A model generated the notes under the pieces. It saw nothing but the letters and a program-made list of their open reading frames with translations. It did not search any database and had not been told where the DNA came from. Source: Balanoglossus misakiensis (Eukaryota; Animalia; Hemichordata). From it: DNA of 64,000 nt. Made by a program: the position numbers and the translations under genes. Location of the stretch: NCBI GenBank assembly GCA_040954595.2, contig CM082582.2, forward strand, positions 5,192,303-5,256,302, written 5' to 3'. Of this stretch, positions 1-13,780 are shown piece after piece (the first letter of the stretch is position 1; every line of letters begins with the position of its first letter).

Positions 1-3000
1 GGAAATGTGATGTTTGACATGATGTACAGTGTGATATAACAACCACATTTTTGTGATGATGTGAATTGTAGCGGTTAGACTTTGTATCTACATTTACTTT
101 GACTTGCTAGCAACTGTGCTGTATGGAACCCATACCCATAGCAACAGATGGGCCCCACCCAAAAGGAATAACCGACAATCCCACACTCTGAATATAGATT
201 AGAAATTGTCAGTATGGTACTTGCATAAATGAATTTTGTAAAGGACATTCACATTTTGCTAAAAATTAACTATGGTTATGAATATTTAATTTATGCAAGA
301 GTTAACACTACACAATAACATGTAACTTTCATTGTATTGTATTATTTTGTGTTGTATTGTATTATTGTGTTGTTTCTAGGATCTGTTGGGCCTACATGTT
401 TTGTATACTCTGTCCACGGTCACTCCCCACACTGTGGGACATGTATGGGACCGGGCCTCAGAATAAAGTAGCTACCGGCTATCCCTCAATATTTTTTCAG
501 ACAAAAGGGAACAATAACACAGGCCATGTTTCACACAACTTTGGTATCTGATTCAATACTGTACATGACTCAGAAACCACCAACGGCATAGTTACGCAAC
601 ATCACACCTGTAAATGTTTGTCGTAAGTCGTACTCTACTAGTTTGCACATGCATGCCTAAAATTTGAATGGCATCATCATCATCATCGGACATTGTAAAT
701 GGGCAGTGCAATGTGCGATGTAAAAAAAATGTCGGCACCAGATATTTATGATTCATTCCCCCCAAAGTACAATGGTATATATAAAGTGATGAAAACTTGG
801 AATGACTGTCGCGATTTATCACGTTCTTCCGATTTCATGCACCACACATTTCATGTTTACGTTTCTACCGGTAAACCAAAGTGTGCAACAGGTCGATCGG
901 ACGGACGTGGACCTCGCACCTCCCACCCCGAGACCACAAAATTTGATGACACGATCGATTTAGCGAGGACTACATAGAACGATTAAGTAACTCCCATATT
1001 GAACTCACCTTCACTTTCGCTTAATTAATCTCGCTTGATCTAAACGCACGGCAATAGTCCCTGAAAGCGCGAGGAAACATTTGTGGGCGTTCTTCACTGG
1101 ATGAGATCCGCCATCTTGTACTGTTTGGTCGAAATGCATGTTGGGTCGTCAAACGTTGCGTCGGCCCCTCTTGACGTTAGAGGGCAGAGTTCATTGGTCA
1201 ATTTGGAAAACCAATACCTCATTTTCATGCGCTTTGATACTTATTTTGCGACGTTTTCAACCCCCTTTGTATTGCATTTTTAGTGGATGTGAACAAGACT
1301 TTAATTTTGTTTCGGAAATAATACGAAAATTGCTTCTCCTGTGGTTTGTTTATGATAAAGAAGAATCTTTTCTCTGAGATGTTTGGACTGTTTCAGAAAG
1401 CTCCTTGCTGAACATCCTTTGCCATTCAAGACATTCCAAGATGGTTAGTTACAATGTATGTACTCTCAGGCCACACACAACAACAAAACAAGACACAACA
1501 TACCATTATATCTGGCATTTCTTCCTTTTAATAATTATCAAACTTGAAACTGAAATACATAACATGTCAGTCACAGTAATTGTACTCTATCTTTTCATAA
1601 AAAAGACAAATAAAATCTGTTTTGATAAGAACGGTAAAACAGGACAACAAGATGATGCTCCTAGTCCTAAACAGGAAAGCTTTTGTTGTGTAAAGGAAAA
1701 AGGTTCAAAATACATGTTTCTAAAGTAAAATAATTCCAGAAGATTTAATGTTGTTATGCTTTAATACAAGTTGAATTTTGATTGTCACAGTTCTGCTTTC
1801 ATGTTTATAACCGATATTGGCAACAATATTCAGTGTATAACATGGTTTGTTGTCTTAAATCACGTTGCATACCATACAGGAATAAACATGCACACAGCTT
1901 GATGCCAAACATCACATCACAGTAACTGTATCTGTGATTTCACCATCTCACATAATGGCTGTCAATCTTCACACCTGATGAAGACAGGGCTGTGTGCCAG
2001 GGTTTCACAACAGAGCTGAACTCAAGCAGAAACACTATATCTTGACAATTTCAATCACACATAAGAAAACTAATACTAATACTAATAAGTGACATACAAA
2101 AAGCATAAGCTTTTAAATCAAGTCTGAACTATGTAGAGGTAGAGGACTGTACCAAGACACTGTAATGTGCTTCTTATAAAAAGTAAACTGCATCAATGCT
2201 AAACACTAACATGGCAGTGAAACTTATTTGTTTTATTACAGTAGAAATATAAACTAGTCAGTTACCGTTAAAATATTCCTATCAGAGTATCAAGAGTTGC
2301 ACACATTCTACTGTAAAATTATCTCCGAACAATAAAATACATTTCTGCCTCCCATTACTAGGAGAAAATAACATACTATACCACTTAAAATGTCTGACAA
2401 ATACCACGACATGAATGGTGGTCACAAAGCAAATTGCAAAGTTTATCTTTGGATGTTTATTTTTCATATGAATATGTTGCATTTTGAATGTGTTTGTAGT
2501 GCAGCATAACCAACAACATTTGTGTTTTGTAATGTGTACAGCTCCATCCAACACTGATTCATCTAACGATATATTCCAGTATTGCATTGTCTGACATAGA
2601 GGATGGTACCCTTGAGTTGAAGTGCTTGATAAAAACACAAGCAGTTACAATGCTAAATACATTAAAAGCTCATGAGCTGCCAACTTTTAGCATCTCTTTA
2701 TAAGCTATACAGTACTCCATCTTCTCCATATTCTTAGCTGATGGATCATGGATAACACCATTTTGAATCTCTAAATGGGTGTTGCACCCATCTATTATTG
2801 AACTTGTTCACATTTAAATGTACAGAGGTTGATAATATGTTTGTTGTATGCCAAATCAGCAAACTTATTTAAACGGATCATTGTAATTTGAAAGGCAATA
2901 TCATGAACTAATTCCAAAAGTAGCAGCTCATGCAGCATAAACATTCATATATGACCCTGTTTTTGACCATGTGAAAGTTTAGCTGACCCTGTGAAGATTG

Positions 3001-3015
3001 GTGTTGAGTGCAATA

Positions 3016-5673
3016 TTAGATTTGCAGATTGGACACTGGATGTGAATTGTTCTTCATTAAAATCTCATCCTTTTTCTCGTCGAACATTGCATACATGTCT
3101 TGTAGACTCAGGTCATTATCAAGCACCTTGAAATAGAATGAAAAGAGCGAACAACATTAAGAATTTATAACTTTAATATTCGAGTCAACTTATGCCTATT
3201 TTATTCAGTATTCTGTTGTGTGTCAACTACACACACCACACATAAAGATAACAGGAGCTTGGACCCAGGAAATCCTGTTCACTGCACTTACTGAGCACTT
3301 TCAAAAGTGTCTTTATGCAAATAAAACGTGGCCAAAGGAGAAGCCACTGCAGGTCAAAGGTCACCAGATTCAGTACCACTTCTTGTACGATTGGCAACTT
3401 TTGCACAAAACAACGGATGAACACTCACCAGAAGCTTTGCAGGAACTTTAAACTTTTCGTTTATCAGCCAGTCTTCGTGTAATTCGTGTAGTACTTCTAA
3501 AAATTCCACTGTAATACCAGTTTCCTCCGAGCGACTTCTTTCCTTGATTCTTTTCAAGCAGTTTTCAGGTTTTGTTCTAAGGTAGACTGATAAAAGGAAA
3601 ACATGTTGAAATTACTCTCCCTCTCTCTGTCTTTGCCCCCATCCCCCTCCAACTCTCTCTTCTCCTCTCTCTCTTCTCCTCTCTGTTTTGGACTCCTCTA
3701 AATTTGATCATATTCTCTCGCTTTTTCACAGTTATAAAATTTAACTATCAACGTTACACTCACCTATAAGATCCAGTTTGAGAGACGGGTTTTCTATCAG
3801 CCATTCAAACCATTCAGTTAACACTTCATATTCAGATGGTGGCATATACTGACTGAAATTAAAGTGAATATCAATTATGACATATACATGAAATCAATTT
3901 CATAAGCTCCCATGGGATAAAAATGTATACACCAAATGCGTGCTAATAAAAAAATCGCGTCAAGGACACGTTGGTCCCATTGAGTTATTACACAAGAAAA
4001 AGTCTACACCGGAGTACATGGCCATATACAGACAGACAGACACACACATAGCGAGAGATGAATGGTTTAGTGACTCTGGGAATAGATAGTTTGGGGAGTA
4101 CCAAGGTTCATGGTTTTCCCTGCTATATGAAACATTTCTTCTGATTACAACTGTTAATCATTACCTGATTATCAAACCTTACCGTTTGTATAAATTTTCA
4201 ACAAAGCAGTACTTGGCACTGTATATTGATCTCTCCATCAATCTGATCGGTCGCTGCTGTTTGGCCGTCTGCATCTGGACCATAGTCAATTGCACATAGG
4301 TTTGGAATGTCAAACTCCATCTGTGGGGGTCTTCATACATCATACCCTGGCAGACAAAATTGACAAATTATGCTTCAGATTGTGTCATGTTTTTTGACCG
4401 GGTTCATGACCATCTTGGCCTAATAAAATTACCAGCAGAGGCGGACTGAGTGTAGACTCAGCTGTCAATATTTTTGACATTACACTGTTTGGTACTGGAT
4501 CAAATTCTCCATGGTCAAGGTATGCATGGTACTCTAGGGGAGTATGAAAATGACAGTTTGCTACTGACTTGGCACTTTTACAGTTAAAATATAAGCATTC
4601 AGATGTTAACAATAAAATATAATGTTAATACAGCAAGTTCCTCTTATGTTAAACTTTACTTACAAGCAGATTATGTCCTTTCATATTTCTCCATCTCTCA
4701 ACAGGTTCTTCACACACTTCAACTTCTGGAAATGTTTTGAAGTGGTCAAGAAAAGTTGTCTTTCCACTGCCTATATTGCCTTCAACAGCAATCTGGAAAA
4801 AAGTAAATTATCATTGCTGTAACAGCTGTAGACACTGTGAGTCGACATATTAGAACCTGAGCAATAAGAAATGGCAAGTTTGAGACTTTATTATGAAATC
4901 GCCCTCAAAGGATACTTAAATGAAAAATCCTTTTCACTAAGCCAAGCCAACTTGAGCTACGTTGACAACATTTCTGACAAGAGGTTTCAGTTTGACCATG
5001 CAATTTATCAGTTCCTGGAACCATAGCCCCAGCACAATAGTTGAGAAAGGAGTGGCATGGCTACGGACCCACGACAATAATATGCAATGCTATGCTGGCT
5101 TTGCGTTCTACTAGGGACATCAATCTACAGCAGAGTTGGAATGCTAGTGAATGTCAATGTTACTTATCACATCACATAGTTATGTACACCTTGTGTAATC
5201 ATAGACATAGCTATCATAGACACTACTGTCTATGGTGTAATACATGGCTCTCTCAGTACGAAAGATAGTTTCGTTTTTGTCATTGAGGTAGTAGTAGTAC
5301 TACATACATCTTAACACGGAGCACAGTGTTTCATGTTGACACCCCCTAGCAATTTGTCAAGGGGGGACCGGTGCCTGTTATTGATGGCACGCACATGATG
5401 CAACACTGGAGCATGGGGTATCCATGCACAGAGGTAGGCGACAGTGGTCGCTATTTTCACATTATTGCACCAACAAAACATGTAGGTGTCTTCTACAGTT
5501 AGCTTTTAGGAAGACTGTGAAATCTCATCGTTGTTGCTTACTTTTATCATCTTTGAGTTGTATAGTGTTCTCTTTCCCGTTAGCGTGCATACATCCTTCA
5601 CAATTCCGGGTAAACTGCTTCTGCCGATTCCAACGTTACGCAAACAATATCCACGTGCCAGAATGGTGAACAT
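3016..5673 (-). CDS. TK2: Deoxynucleoside kinase, mitochondrial thymidine kinase 2-like (6 exons)
   Basis: Exons 5673-5542, 4792-4664, 4346-4183, 3852-3764, 3586-3429, 3126-3016 splice in frame via GT-AG. P-loop [40 protein letters not shown] and lid [10 protein letters not shown] are dNK/TK2 family motifs. Arg-containing, acid-poor N-terminus ([20 protein letters not shown]) resembles a mitochondrial presequence. Confidence 0.92.
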
Positions 5674-5921
5674 TTCTCGTTGACGACCAGAGTGTAATTA
5701 GGATTGACCTGGAGGCAGGCGTATTTAGATATTAGCGGCCATGTCACTCTTGTGAGAATATGGACGAGATTCAGATTGTGCGGGACGTTCGTTAACACAC
5801 AACTTTCCCCAATAAGTCGCAGTCAGCAGTCCACAAAGTGCACGATCAGCATGATTCACCGCTGTACATGCACATGCACATCACTGACGGCAGCCATGAC
5901 ATCTCCTCCATAACACCAAAC

Positions 5922-5933
5922 TGCGCAGGCGCA
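5922..5933. promoter_or_regulatory. NRF1-like site upstream of the TK2-like gene
   Basis: TGCGCAGGCGCA, ~250 bp upstream of the ATG, matches the NRF1 consensus. Motif match only. Confidence 0.35.
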
Positions 5934-6941
5934 AAGTGGGGTAACCCAATCAGATCTAACCTTTGTTATCGTCGTAAACTGCGACCTCTTTACGGCATCA
6001 TTTTCTGGCCCAAGGTTCGGACAAGACTGCGGGCTATTGGATTTTTTTAATATAAAGAGCTTGAAACTGCGTATTTGGGAACTCAAAAAGCAATTTTTAG
6101 TCCCTAAAGAAGAGGAAGCAAAAGTGTGTCTTTGCCCCCACCAAAAAAAAAAAAAACCAACAACATTGGGGAGGCAAGTTATATTAAAGGTATACAGTCA
6201 CCTTCAATGTACATACGCCCATATATGGCTGAAATGGCGTATTTGAGCGTTCTAAAAGAACATATGGCGGCGCTCTTTTTTTCGCGTGTGCCACCCACTG
6301 AAAATCTGTGATTGGCTAGATCTCAGTTTATCATGGTAACTATAGCTAATTTTACCCGATACATGTTATGTGTTTGGCAGTTCTAAAGTAAAAACATACT
6401 CGGAAAAACTTTTACTGGATGCCGAAATATTGCTTGCCCGTCATCTGGAAATGACTGCGCCATCGGACACATTGCCAGATCACGTGATTGATAGTAAAGA
6501 ATATAAAATGTGACCCTGCCTCCGGGTTTCTGGTAAGTGTCGATAGAGGTACATCACCTGGTTAGGCCTATATCGAAATCATGTACAGTACAAACATATT
6601 ATTAAAACAGCGTCCAATTGATCTTCCAGTTCTAGGCATAAGATTGTGTGACTTTTGCATATGTAGGATGTGTAACTAAGAGAGCTCCAACAAACAAAGG
6701 AGTACACGTACTCTTCTACATTGGTTAATTTTGTAAGTGTTTATTTCTCAGTAAAAGAAAGCGTATTTTTGTCGTGGATTGTCATTTTCCATTCAGTGGA
6801 TTTTAAAGTCGACGAATAAAAGGTTCGTGATCATTTCGGTGCATGACTGTAAAGATGTCTCGTCTTCACCGTGACATATTCCACCTGGTTTTTCTTTTTG
6901 TTTCTTTTTGTTTTTTTTGTTTGTTTTTGTTTGTTTTTAGT

Positions 6942-7640
6942 TTATCCTTCTCCTTTGCTATGGGTGACGTCATCTGTTACGTTCTCGAAAATGTCCAAGC
7001 AATAGTCACAGTTAGTTCTTCTGCGAAGCGTCATTGTAACCTCAGCCACGCCCAACTCGGAGATCTCGCCGTGACCACTGAATACTAGTAATTCAGTAAA
7101 AATGGCGGATTCTTCTCGACGAATAAATCTCTCACTCTCAGAGTCCTGGGCGCGTGTCTGTAACTCCTTAGGAACGTACTCGTAGGAGAGTCTAGTCTCC
7201 AAACTTTCCACCTGTTTTTCCAGCTTCTTTGCCTTCTCTTTTACTTTGGCGGCGTCTTCTCTAACATTCTCGAGAATGTCTTCTTGTTCAAGGACTAGAC
7301 TCGACAGTTCTGCCTTGCTTTTTCTGCGAAGCGCGATCGCTACCTCCGCCACACTCTTCGTCTTTCTCATCTCTGCGATCTCATCGTGGATGCTTTGGGT
7401 AGATTCTACAGACCCCTTGGTGTTTCTGGTGGTTAAGAAGAGAGGGAAATGAAACTACACGGATTGAAGTTCATGCAGCGCAAATAATCAGCAAAGGTCA
7501 AGACGGCGCCCAACTCTACATCCAGCCGATTCAGAACTAGAAATGTCCAACCTTTTTACAACTTACCCAGAGGTCTTGAACACCTTTTTGAGCGTTAACT
7601 CCAAAATCGGATACACAACACACCAAAAAGTGGCTATCAT
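6942..7640 (-). CDS. Orphan 2-exon coiled-coil protein, copy 1 (~185 aa)
   Basis: Exon 1 7640-7567 (MIATFWCVVYPILELTLKKVFKTS, donor GG|GTAAGT) joins in frame to exon 2 7425-6942 (acceptor ...ttaaccaccag; GNTKGSVESTQSIHDEIAEMRK...EDAAKVKEKAKKLEKQVESLETRL...). The same structure is kept in the tandem copy. Confidence 0.6.
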
Positions 7641-8291
7641 GTTTGCTTTTTCGTTGAGAAGGAAATATAAAACACGGGCACAAGAAATCAGAGTTTCTCC
7701 GAAACTTGCAATCTGTTGGACGAATGTCACAAGAGATGAACGTGTTCTGAGAGAATGCGTCTGTGACGTAATAAATGAATTCTTGATACAGCGCCCTCGT
7801 ACTCCAGCATTATTCGAACTCTCGTACACACCTGGTCGTTCTAGGCATAAGATTGTGTGACTTTTGCATATGTGCGATGTGTAACTAAGAGAGCTAAAAC
7901 AAACAAATGAGTACACATACTCTTCTACATTGGTTAATTTTGTAAGTGTTTATTTCTCAGTAAAAGAAAGCGTATTTTTGTCGTGGATTGTCATTTTCCA
8001 TTCAGTGTTTTTTAAACTCGACGAATAAAAGGTTCGTGATCATTTCGGTGCATGACTGTAAAGATGTCTCGTCTTCACCGTGACATATTCCACCTGTTTT
8101 TTTGTTTTTGTTTGTTTTTGTTTGTTTTTAGTTCATCCTTCTCCTTGGGTGACTGGCTATGGGTGACGCCATCTATTACGTTCTCGAAAATGTCCGGTTC
8201 AAGCAATAGTCACAGTTAGTTCTTCTGCGAAGCGTCATTGTAACCTCAGCCACGCCCAACTCGGAGATCTCGCTCATGACTACTGAATAAT

Positions 8292-8991
8292 TCAGTAAAA
8301 AATATCGGATTCGTCTCGACGAACAAATCGCTCACTCTCAGAGTCCTGGGCGCCTGTCTGTAACTCCTTAGGAACGTACTCGTAGGAGAGTCTAGTCTCC
8401 AAACTTTCCACCTGTTTTTCCAGCTTCTTCGCCTTCTCTTTCACTTTGCCGGCGTCTTCTCTGACATTCTCGAGAATGTCTTCCTGTTCAAGGACTAGAC
8501 TGGACAGTTCTGCATTGCTTTTTCCGCGAAGCACCATCGCTACCTCCGCCACACTCTTCGTCTTTCTCATCTCTGCGATCTCATCGTGGATGCTTTGAGT
8601 GGATTCTACAGACCCCTGGGAATTTCTGGTGGTTAAAAAGAGCGGGAAATGAGACCACGCGGATTGATGTTCATGCATGGTGACTACTGATCTAGCGATA
8701 CTGCACAGTGTTCTTGGCATTGTAACTGTAAGTTGAAAGGAATGCCCAATCTGCATGATGTAGAGTTAGGCGCTGTCTTCAGCTTTGGCGATCGTTTTAG
8801 CTGTTCTTTTTCTCTGTCTCGGCTGTTCTGTTCCCCCCTTCCGAACAGAACAGCCAAGAATAAGCAAATGACAAGACGACGCTTAACTCCACGAATGTCC
8901 AACTTTTGTTCACTTACCCAGAGGTCTTGAATACCTTTTTGAGCGTTAACTCCAAAATCGGATACACAACACACCAAAAAGTGGCTATCAT
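8292..8991 (-). CDS. Orphan 2-exon coiled-coil protein, copy 2 (~135 aa, shorter C-terminus)
   Basis: Exons 8991-8918 and 8625-8292 use the same splice sites as copy 1. One extra base in the A-run near 8297-8302 shifts frame, ending the protein at ...DIFY*. Confidence 0.55.
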
Positions 8992-9756
8992 TTTTGCTTT
9001 TTCGTTGAGAAGGAAATATAAAACACGGGCACAAGAAATCAGAGTTTCTCCGAAACTTGCAATCTGTTGGACGAATGTCACAAGAGATGAACGTGTTCTG
9101 AGAGAATGCGTCTGTGACGTAATAAAAGAATTCATGATACAGCGCCCTCGTACGCCAGCATTATTCGAACTCTCGTACCAATTTCTCTCGTACACACCTG
9201 ACCTGGTCGTTGTGCTGGCGAAAAACGGTATGCGCCAGCGCTAACCTCGCCATGCCGCTCGCAAAATAATATGCGAGTACCCAATGACAAGTTACAAACC
9301 GAAGGAATAGTCATGGATATATTATGTACAGAATAGGGTTTGTGTCTTGGATCTGTATGGTTTTACTTAAAGCCGATTTTTTTTCTTTACATCCAAGTGA
9401 CCACTAGCGTGAAGACTTCACAAAGCTTTACGTACAATACATGTACCTTTCAATCATTTAGCGTTTCATTATATGTTGCATTCGACTACGAAGAAGGGTG
9501 CCCTCAGCATTAAATGTAATATTTGACCACTGTCTTCAATGCAAAGAATCACATTAGCAATTTGTCCTGACAGTGAATGCAACAGATGTTTGGCAACGCC
9601 ATAATAAACCTGATCGACATTGAGATCAAGTTGTGCATGTACCCCCCCCCCCCCGGTATTATCTACAATCTTGTACAAGGTTCAGACGGGGAAAAAATTG
9701 AGACACTATTTGCCTATAGTAACACAGAGCATTAATCATTTGAGTCGCTTGCGTCC

Positions 9757-10061
9757 ACACACACACCGTTAATGTATAGGCGCTGAGGCTCGGCCCCATA
9801 GACAATGGGTTGCGGAGAGGTGTTAATTATTACACTAGCTCAGGTCTGGCCAGCAAAGTCGTCTCAAATCTGTGCCTGTGTGACCTCCATACTAGAGCTG
9901 GTCTCACCAACCCTTTTGACAAGGTCGTTTTTAACTCAGGGGTTCACACACACAAAGTTTATGTATAGGCGCTGAGGCTCGGCCCCATAGACACTGGGTT
10001 GCAGAGAGGCGTTAATCCTTACACCAGCTCAGGTCTGGCCAGCAAAGCTGTCTCAAATCTG
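9757..10061. repeat. Two ~115 bp direct repeats (~9757-9872, ~9946-10061)
   Basis: atgtataggcgctgaggctcggccccatagaca.tgggttgc.gagagg.gttaat..ttacac.agctcaggtctggccagcaaag occurs twice. Confidence 0.85.
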
Positions 10062-10830
10062 AGCCGTTTCAGGACTACTTACACTCTCCACACATTTCTT
10101 TAAAAGACGGTTTCTAATCTGAGACGCTTCATAACCGTCTTATATACAGATCGTAACAGAATAAATACATTATTTACCAAGTCTGAGGCCTTTGAGAAAT
10201 TAATCTAGATGAATGACTCAACTCAGCCCCTTTGTCAATAATATAATTACTGATACACTGTGTGTATAACATTTGATTTTTCACGGTTGAACGACCACTG
10301 ACAAACACATGTTGACTTTCATTAACGAATATTTTTACACGAATAAACCATGCTTACATAGATGAGCTTCACAAAGAAGTGACATTGGACTGTAACCCTT
10401 CAGTTCGGTCTCCAGCTTTGGAAATGGGGACCATATTTGACCGTCTGAACATATAGATGGATAAACACCCGGTTGTAGAAACTTATGAAATATTGTCAGT
10501 GGGACAGAGTTCATCAGCTTACTCTTAGAATGAACGAAGCAGCCAACCGTTGCAAAGACTGGGCATGACAGCAACTGAAGTTCATAGTAGGTCGTGGCGA
10601 CTGCAGTGGGGTTTGCGCTTGTATGGGAGGACATATTCTCGTGAAGGGGGACACCCACGCGGCGCGACGACCCCTTCACCTTAATAGGTGATCGACTTGA
10701 TCGACTGAAATAGTAAAGATGTTTCGACCATTACATTAGTAATGATGGCACTTGGATAAAACAGTCAACTCATTGAAAATATTGGTTTAAAATCTCAGCA
10801 ATGTCTCTCGCATCGTCTGATCATTAATAA

Positions 10831-11760
10831 GGGACCGTTCAGTTTTTACGGCCGGGGGGGGGGGCCGGCAAAATCCAAGGGGGGGGGGGGTCACTTAAAT
10901 TTTGAAGTCCACAAAGGGGGGTCATCTGTTTTTTTTAAAACGTTTAGGGGGGGGGGGTCACATACTTTTGCCACCGAACTATTGCTTTTGAGTCCACAAA
11001 ATTGCAGTTTCGCACCCTTTATTTTACAAAATTTTACAAAATTTTCACACCCACCCCATTCATTCTCCGCCACATTTCATTTTTTGCTGGTTTGTCTAGT
11101 GTACCAGGGCTGATTGCTTGCCACCCCAACCCCACCAATGATAATATTTAACAAAGTGAATACATAAAGGAGAATAATTGTGCATAACTGATAGTTTAGC
11201 GCTGCATCTTCTATATACTAGAAGTTTTATAAATGATGTCACGACAAGATGACGCTAAATCTTCTAACTTTGAGTGGAGTGGCAAAAAGTAAAATTGGTC
11301 CTCCCAAACATTGAGATAATTTGCTTTTGAGTTCATTAAAATGCAACTTTGCGCTACATATTTTACAAAATTTTCTTATGTGGGAGGGGGACACCCCCTC
11401 CCACGCACACCCCCACCACTTTTCTTGTTTTACCGATTCTAGCAACTATTGTATTGACTTGTCATTTTAATTTGTTCATAGATTTCTTTATTGCAACGAT
11501 ATACTATTATATACTTCAATAATACTTTAAGAAATATATAATTGAGGTGTGAGGAGCCTCATTTCCTTTATTGCATACAGTGTACATAGGATCAGGACGG
11601 CGAATGTTTTGGGCGTTGGGGGGGTCATCATATTTTTGGGTCTGTCAAAGGGGGGGTCATCATTTTTTGGTCCGGGGTGGAGGGGGGGTCGGCCTGATTT
11701 TGAGAACCGATGACAAAAACTTGCCGCCCCCCCCCCCTGCCGTAAAAACTGAACGGTCCC
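10831..11760. mobile_element. PIF/Harbinger-type MITE
   Basis: 22-bp TIRs GGGACCGTTCAGTTTTTACGGC / GCCGTAAAAACTGAACGGTCCC with a TAA 3-bp TSD on both sides; no coding capacity. Confidence 0.85.
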
Positions 11761-13740
11761 TAATTGCGGTAGACGGCCTAGTATTATACATATATACGCG
11801 ATATGGCTGAAACAAATCGTTTTTTTTTTGTCAAGTGCCCCCCAGCGACATCCCGCAGCAGTTATTTGCCAAATGAACATGTAATAAAAAAAGGGAATGA
11901 CATATACAAGTAGTTAAGAGTGAATGCCATGGCGTGGGGGCGTTGCCGCTTTGTTGGCCGTGTAATGGCCCGTAGGTGACAAACTGGCGATCCACACGAG
12001 GAGGCAATGTGGTTAAATGGGTCAGAGGGGGGGGGGGGGAATTGTGTCTCATCATTTCGTTAGGGTTCGGCTCTACTAGAAACGTCATGGCAGGAGCGCA
12101 AACAAGGTCAAACATATGTGCTTTTCAGCCTTGTCAATTCTGTCGACCCTCTATGATCTGTATAGCAAGCTCCATTAGACCGAAACTTTTAGACGGCCAG
12201 ACCGATATTGGCGAGGTACCAGCGCTTGTGAGAGAACGAGACAGCTAAACTCTTGGCATCCAAAAAGTACACATTAAATATTTGTTCAGTAGCAGGTGCT
12301 GTAATTCTGGGTAAAGTCGCCACGTTGCTTAAAGCCGATTGGCCACGATCGTTCTATGACCTGCACATGTACTTCAAGTGATATAAAATTTTATTATTTC
12401 CTCTGCTCTTGTGCAAGAATATTCTCTGCAGACTTCAGTCTGGATTCTTGACTCTACCGACTTGCATCATCGTACACCGTTCGCTGTGGCAACGACGAGA
12501 AGATTTTGCCGGTGAGTTTCTAACGCTGAAAACGGCTTTGTGGAATAATGATGCTGTCACATTAATTGGCCGATTTATATCAAAAATCATTAATTGTAGG
12601 TTTCCACGTGGCAGTCGTTTCAAATTTTTGATCACGTTTACTCTTAAGAAATCTTGAGAATTTAATAGTTAGAGACATCGTTGGCACGTTCATCAAAACA
12701 TCTTTGCACAAAAATGACACCGATCCCCCCGCAAAAATATGCTAGCACAATTTTACAGACCTTTTCCTAACCCATTCCATGAAAAGAAAAATTATCCATT
12801 TCAACGAAGCAGTGCAGCCTTCGGTGTTAATTTGCCCTTCCCTAATCTTACTACAGTTGGCATGGCATAAATTCACAGGAAATCAAAACGTGACGTTTCC
12901 AAGTCGCCCACAAATACATGTCAGTCTTGGTCACTTTGAATAATGATTCCGGTCAATTTTTTTTGTGAGCGACACGAAGCTTCGCACAGGGTGTCGGAAC
13001 CTGGCTAGTCCAGGGGTTTCCACCCCTCACAAATAAAAAAAGACCTAAAAGGATTAAGTGCAATCAAATTTCATAATCTTTTACACTACCGTATTCATTT
13101 TCGTTTAATATTCAGATTAACTTCTGATGACTATTACTACAAATCATCATTGAAATATTCCTAAATTTATGCTAAAATAAAACCTATAATGACTATACGG
13201 TATGTGAATATTTTTCACACAACTTTATCAAGAAGACTCATATTAAAACATTCTTGACTGTATATGTACATTTAAGTGAAAAGCAACCTAATAAAGTATT
13301 CGCTGTACAAGTTCCTAGAAATATTTAAAGTCTGCAACCTCCTGACCTTCTCAGTTAAAGCCCCAGTATTTCTCGTGTGTATCCATTTTTCATCATCGAA
13401 AAATGCCCGTTTTTCCTGTACATTCATCATGGAATATTACATAATGAAGATAGAAGAAAGGTTTGGGCAACTGTAGCTACGTGCAAGCTGTAAATATTGC
13501 CCGTAACACTTGAAATGATGCGCGGGTTTGTTTACAACGGAAATGTTGTACATGTCGATCAGCAAACGTGCCACTTTGACATTTTGATGGTCAGACCATT
13601 TTCGGATTTGATCTGGTTCCATCGACTGATTTCTCCCATAAAGTTATCTTCCCAAAATTTCGCCGAATTAGTGCGCATTTCTTCGCTGAGTCGCTTGATT
13701 TGGGGCGACCAAACCTCTTCCGCATAGATTCACATTTGAG

Positions 13741-13780
13741 TGCGCATGCGCACTAGTCACGTGTGTCAACACTCACGTGA
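13741..13780. promoter_or_regulatory. Candidate promoter motifs upstream of the FGD gene (NRF1 palindrome, two E-boxes)
   Basis: TGCGCATGCGCA at 13741-13752 followed by two CACGTG, ~2.2 kb upstream of the first coding exon. That exon is preceded by an acceptor, implying an upstream non-coding exon. Confidence 0.3.

Larger units (their letters stand above)
6629..9211. repeat. Tandem duplication, units ~6629-7837 and ~7838-9211
   Basis: Both units start gttctaggcataagattgtgtgacttttgcatatgt and end ...ctctcgtacacacctg. They differ mainly within the intron. Confidence 0.9.

Noticed and set aside
6389-6740. Plus-strand spliced transcript divergent from TK2 (donor ~6533, acceptor 6629, donor ~6733)
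   Set aside because: No coherent ORF, and 6389-6444 is a repeat fragment also present inverted at ~44350 and ~63323.
10335-10710. Possible Penelope-like RT C-terminal remnant (F-H-K-F-Y-N-R after a frameshift)
   Set aside because: Too short and degenerate to support by eye; needs a translated search against TE protein libraries.
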